Below are positions 45,717 to 46,983 of a stretch of DNA of 46,983 nt, one piece after another (positions within the stretch are counted from its first letter, which is position 1; every line of letters begins with the position of its first letter). Both the position numbers and the translations under genes were made by a program. Below the pieces are notes generated by a model. It made no database searches. It worked only from the letters and a program-made list of their open reading frames with translations, and was not told where the DNA came from. Source of the DNA: Alphaproteobacteria bacterium. GTDB lineage: Bacteria > Pseudomonadota > Alphaproteobacteria > Holosporales > JBOFFI01. The stretch covers positions 1 to 46,983 of the forward strand of contig JBOFKI010000095.1 in assembly GCA_051657245.1 (NCBI GenBank), in the 5' to 3' direction.

Positions 45717-46465
45717 AACCTTTTTATTCTCTGTGTCTCACAGCGGGTGTCAGCCTTCTGGTGAGTGGATGTTATAAGACATCTCGTCTTTCAGATATCG
45801 GCGATACGACACCGATGACACGCACTCAAGACCCAACAGCCCATAGCGATTATAAGCCGGTTATAACACCGATGCCAGGTCCTCAGCGTTCGCGAACCCA
45901 ATCTCCCGCTTCCCTATGGCAAGCAGGGGCTCGGGCCTTTTTTAAAGATCAACGGGCCAAACGTGTGGGAGATATTTTAACCGTACTTGTGGATATTGAC
46001 GAAAAAGGTAAAATCCAAAATACAACATCTTTTGGACGGACTAGCTCCCAAACGGCAGATCTCTCTAACCTGCTCGGTTATGAAAAACAGCTAAAGGGAT
46101 TTTTTCCCAAGTCTTTTGACCCAACCAATGCCCTTAACCTTAAAAGCAATCCAGATCACGAAGGAAAAGGCACGATTGACCGTAAGGAAACCGTCAACTT
46201 TAATATCGCAGCGCTCATTACGCAAGTTTTACCGAACGGCAATTTAGTCATCTCAGGGCGCCAAGAATTTCGGTTCAATAACCTAGAGATAAGAGAAATT
46301 CTTGTAACAGGCATTGTTCGCCCAGAAGATATTCTCTCCAACAATACCATTAGCCTTGAAAAGATTGCAGAAGCCCGCCTGGCCTATGGGGGACGCGGAG
46401 CCTTCACAGATGTTTCACAACCCCCTTATGGGCAGCAAGTCCTCAATCATTTGATGCCCTTTTAA
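45713..46465 (+). CDS. flgH: flagellar L-ring lipoprotein FlgH
   Basis: 250 aa. Lipobox LLVSGC, then SLWQAGARAFFKDQRAKRVGDILTVLVDIDEKG and the LITQVLPNGNLVISGRQE motif. The start overlaps the flgA stop by 4 nt. Confidence 0.93.
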   Translation: MKPFYSLCLTAGVSLLVSGCYKTSRLSDIGDTTPMTRTQDPTAHSDYKPVITPMPGPQRSRTQSPASLWQAGARAFFKDQRAKRVGDILTVLVDIDEKGKIQNTTSFGRTSSQTADLSNLLGYEKQLKGFFPKSFDPTNALNLKSNPDHEGKGTIDRKETVNFNIAALITQVLPNGNLVISGRQEFRFNNLEIREILVTGIVRPEDILSNNTISLEKIAEARLAYGGRGAFTDVSQPPYGQQVLNHLMPF

Positions 46466-46497
46466 GCAACAGGGCCTATTATAGAACTGTTAATAAA

Positions 46498-46542
46498 AAG
46501 GGGTTGGCACCTGACTTTTAAGAAATTAGGTGTCAGCCCCTT
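46498..46542 (+). terminator. 14-bp stem hairpin downstream of flgH (possible terminator, no U-tract)
   Basis: AAGGGGTTGGCACC-(17 nt)-GGTGTCAGCCCCTT. It pairs fully on the plus-strand RNA, counting two G-U wobbles, and would carry C-A mismatches on the other strand. The absence of a following U-run lowers confidence. Confidence 0.3.
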
Positions 46543-46551
46543 GGAAAAAAT

Positions 46552-46879
46552 GTGGCGGGCCAGGGGACAAAAATCCCTGTAATTTTGGGAAAAAACACGC
46601 CAATTTCTGTGCAGCTGACGGGGGCACATGTGCATGACTGTGAGCCTGCTAAAGCGATGCTTGTCCCCTTGAAAGGGCTTGGAATCAAACGATTTGTGAC
46701 GGATAAAGGCCGAAATTCCTCCTCGAAACAACAGGCGCGAGCACAGATTTTACAATCGCATCCTTTACAAATGTCGCTGGAGAATCGAGGCGTTTTTCGG
46801 AAAGTTGAAAGAAAATAGGCGATTGGCTCTGCGTGTCGATAAACTGTCAATAGCACGTAAAGATGTCCGAGGTAGTTGA
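46552..46879 (+). pseudogene. IS5-family (IS427/IS1031-like) transposase, C-terminal remnant with a frameshift
   Basis: Frame A reads ...ISVQLTGAHVHDCEPAKAMLVPL...RFVTDKG. Frame B reads EIPPRNNRREHRFYNRILYKCRWRIEAFFGKLKENRRLALRVDKL. Together they match the IS5 C-terminal third (L.TGGqvhD...a..Ll......adKgYds...; IP.r.NRk....yd...YK.Rn.IE..F..LK..RRiatRYDK). The N-terminal two thirds are absent. Confidence 0.75.
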
Positions 46880-46983
46880 GCCACGTGAGTTGTCCGATGA
46901 TGGGGGGCGTGAGCGCGCCCTCAAAAGCGCTGGTGCGAGCGCCCCCATCATGCTCTTAAGCTGCTAACTGATAATAATCATGT

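Noticed and set aside
1-46983. CRISPR arrays, rRNA genes, prophage modules, recognisable multi-gene defence systems
   Set aside because: No regularly spaced direct repeats, no rRNA signatures, and no clusters of phage structural, integrase or defence-type genes could be identified on either strand.

Overview
About 47 kb of a moderately AT-rich alphaproteobacterial chromosome. The assignment rests on a near-canonical CtrA, a short alphaproteobacterial-type ProRS, a membrane-anchored CycM-like cytochrome c, and the tig-clpP-clpX and ftsK-lolA-tatC gene strings. A host-associated or intracellular lineage (Holosporales/Rickettsiales-like) is only an inference. It is suggested by a PD-(D/E)XK Rpn-type transposase gene, a ProP-type MFS transporter, IS481 and IS5 remnants, and two dispersed repeat families. 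Most of the window is housekeeping: tpiA, rpmB, dps, clpXP, tig, tatC, lolA, ftsK, trmL, RNase J, uppP, proS, hscA and two tRNAs. There are two flagellar clusters: flgI-rod-binding-flgN-like-flgK-flgL, preceded on the same strand by ctrA-bolA-amidase (17.9-24.7 kb), and fliL-fliM-unknown-motE-like divergent from flgF-flgG-flgA-flgH (40.2-46.5 kb). I did not find a complete multi-gene novel system. The items most worth follow-up are: (1) a 480-aa signal-peptide protein whose C-terminus looks like a HicA mRNA-interferase toxin domain, with no HicB neighbour; (2) a signal-peptide protein carrying the SD(I/L)xR...YLDVD and TGPG motifs of DXD glycosyltransferases, including the large glucosylating toxins; (3) an orphan gp25/TssE-like baseplate gene wedged between cytochrome c and trm112; (4) a 417-bp AT-rich spacer between two convergent genes holding nine DnaA-box-like 9-mers, two of them perfect, as an oriC or DnaA-titration candidate; (5) a roughly 145-bp MITE-like or structured-RNA-like element present twice, plus a GC-rich REP-like palindrome family that generates several spurious ORFs. 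All functional calls come from motif recognition by eye. No database search was run.
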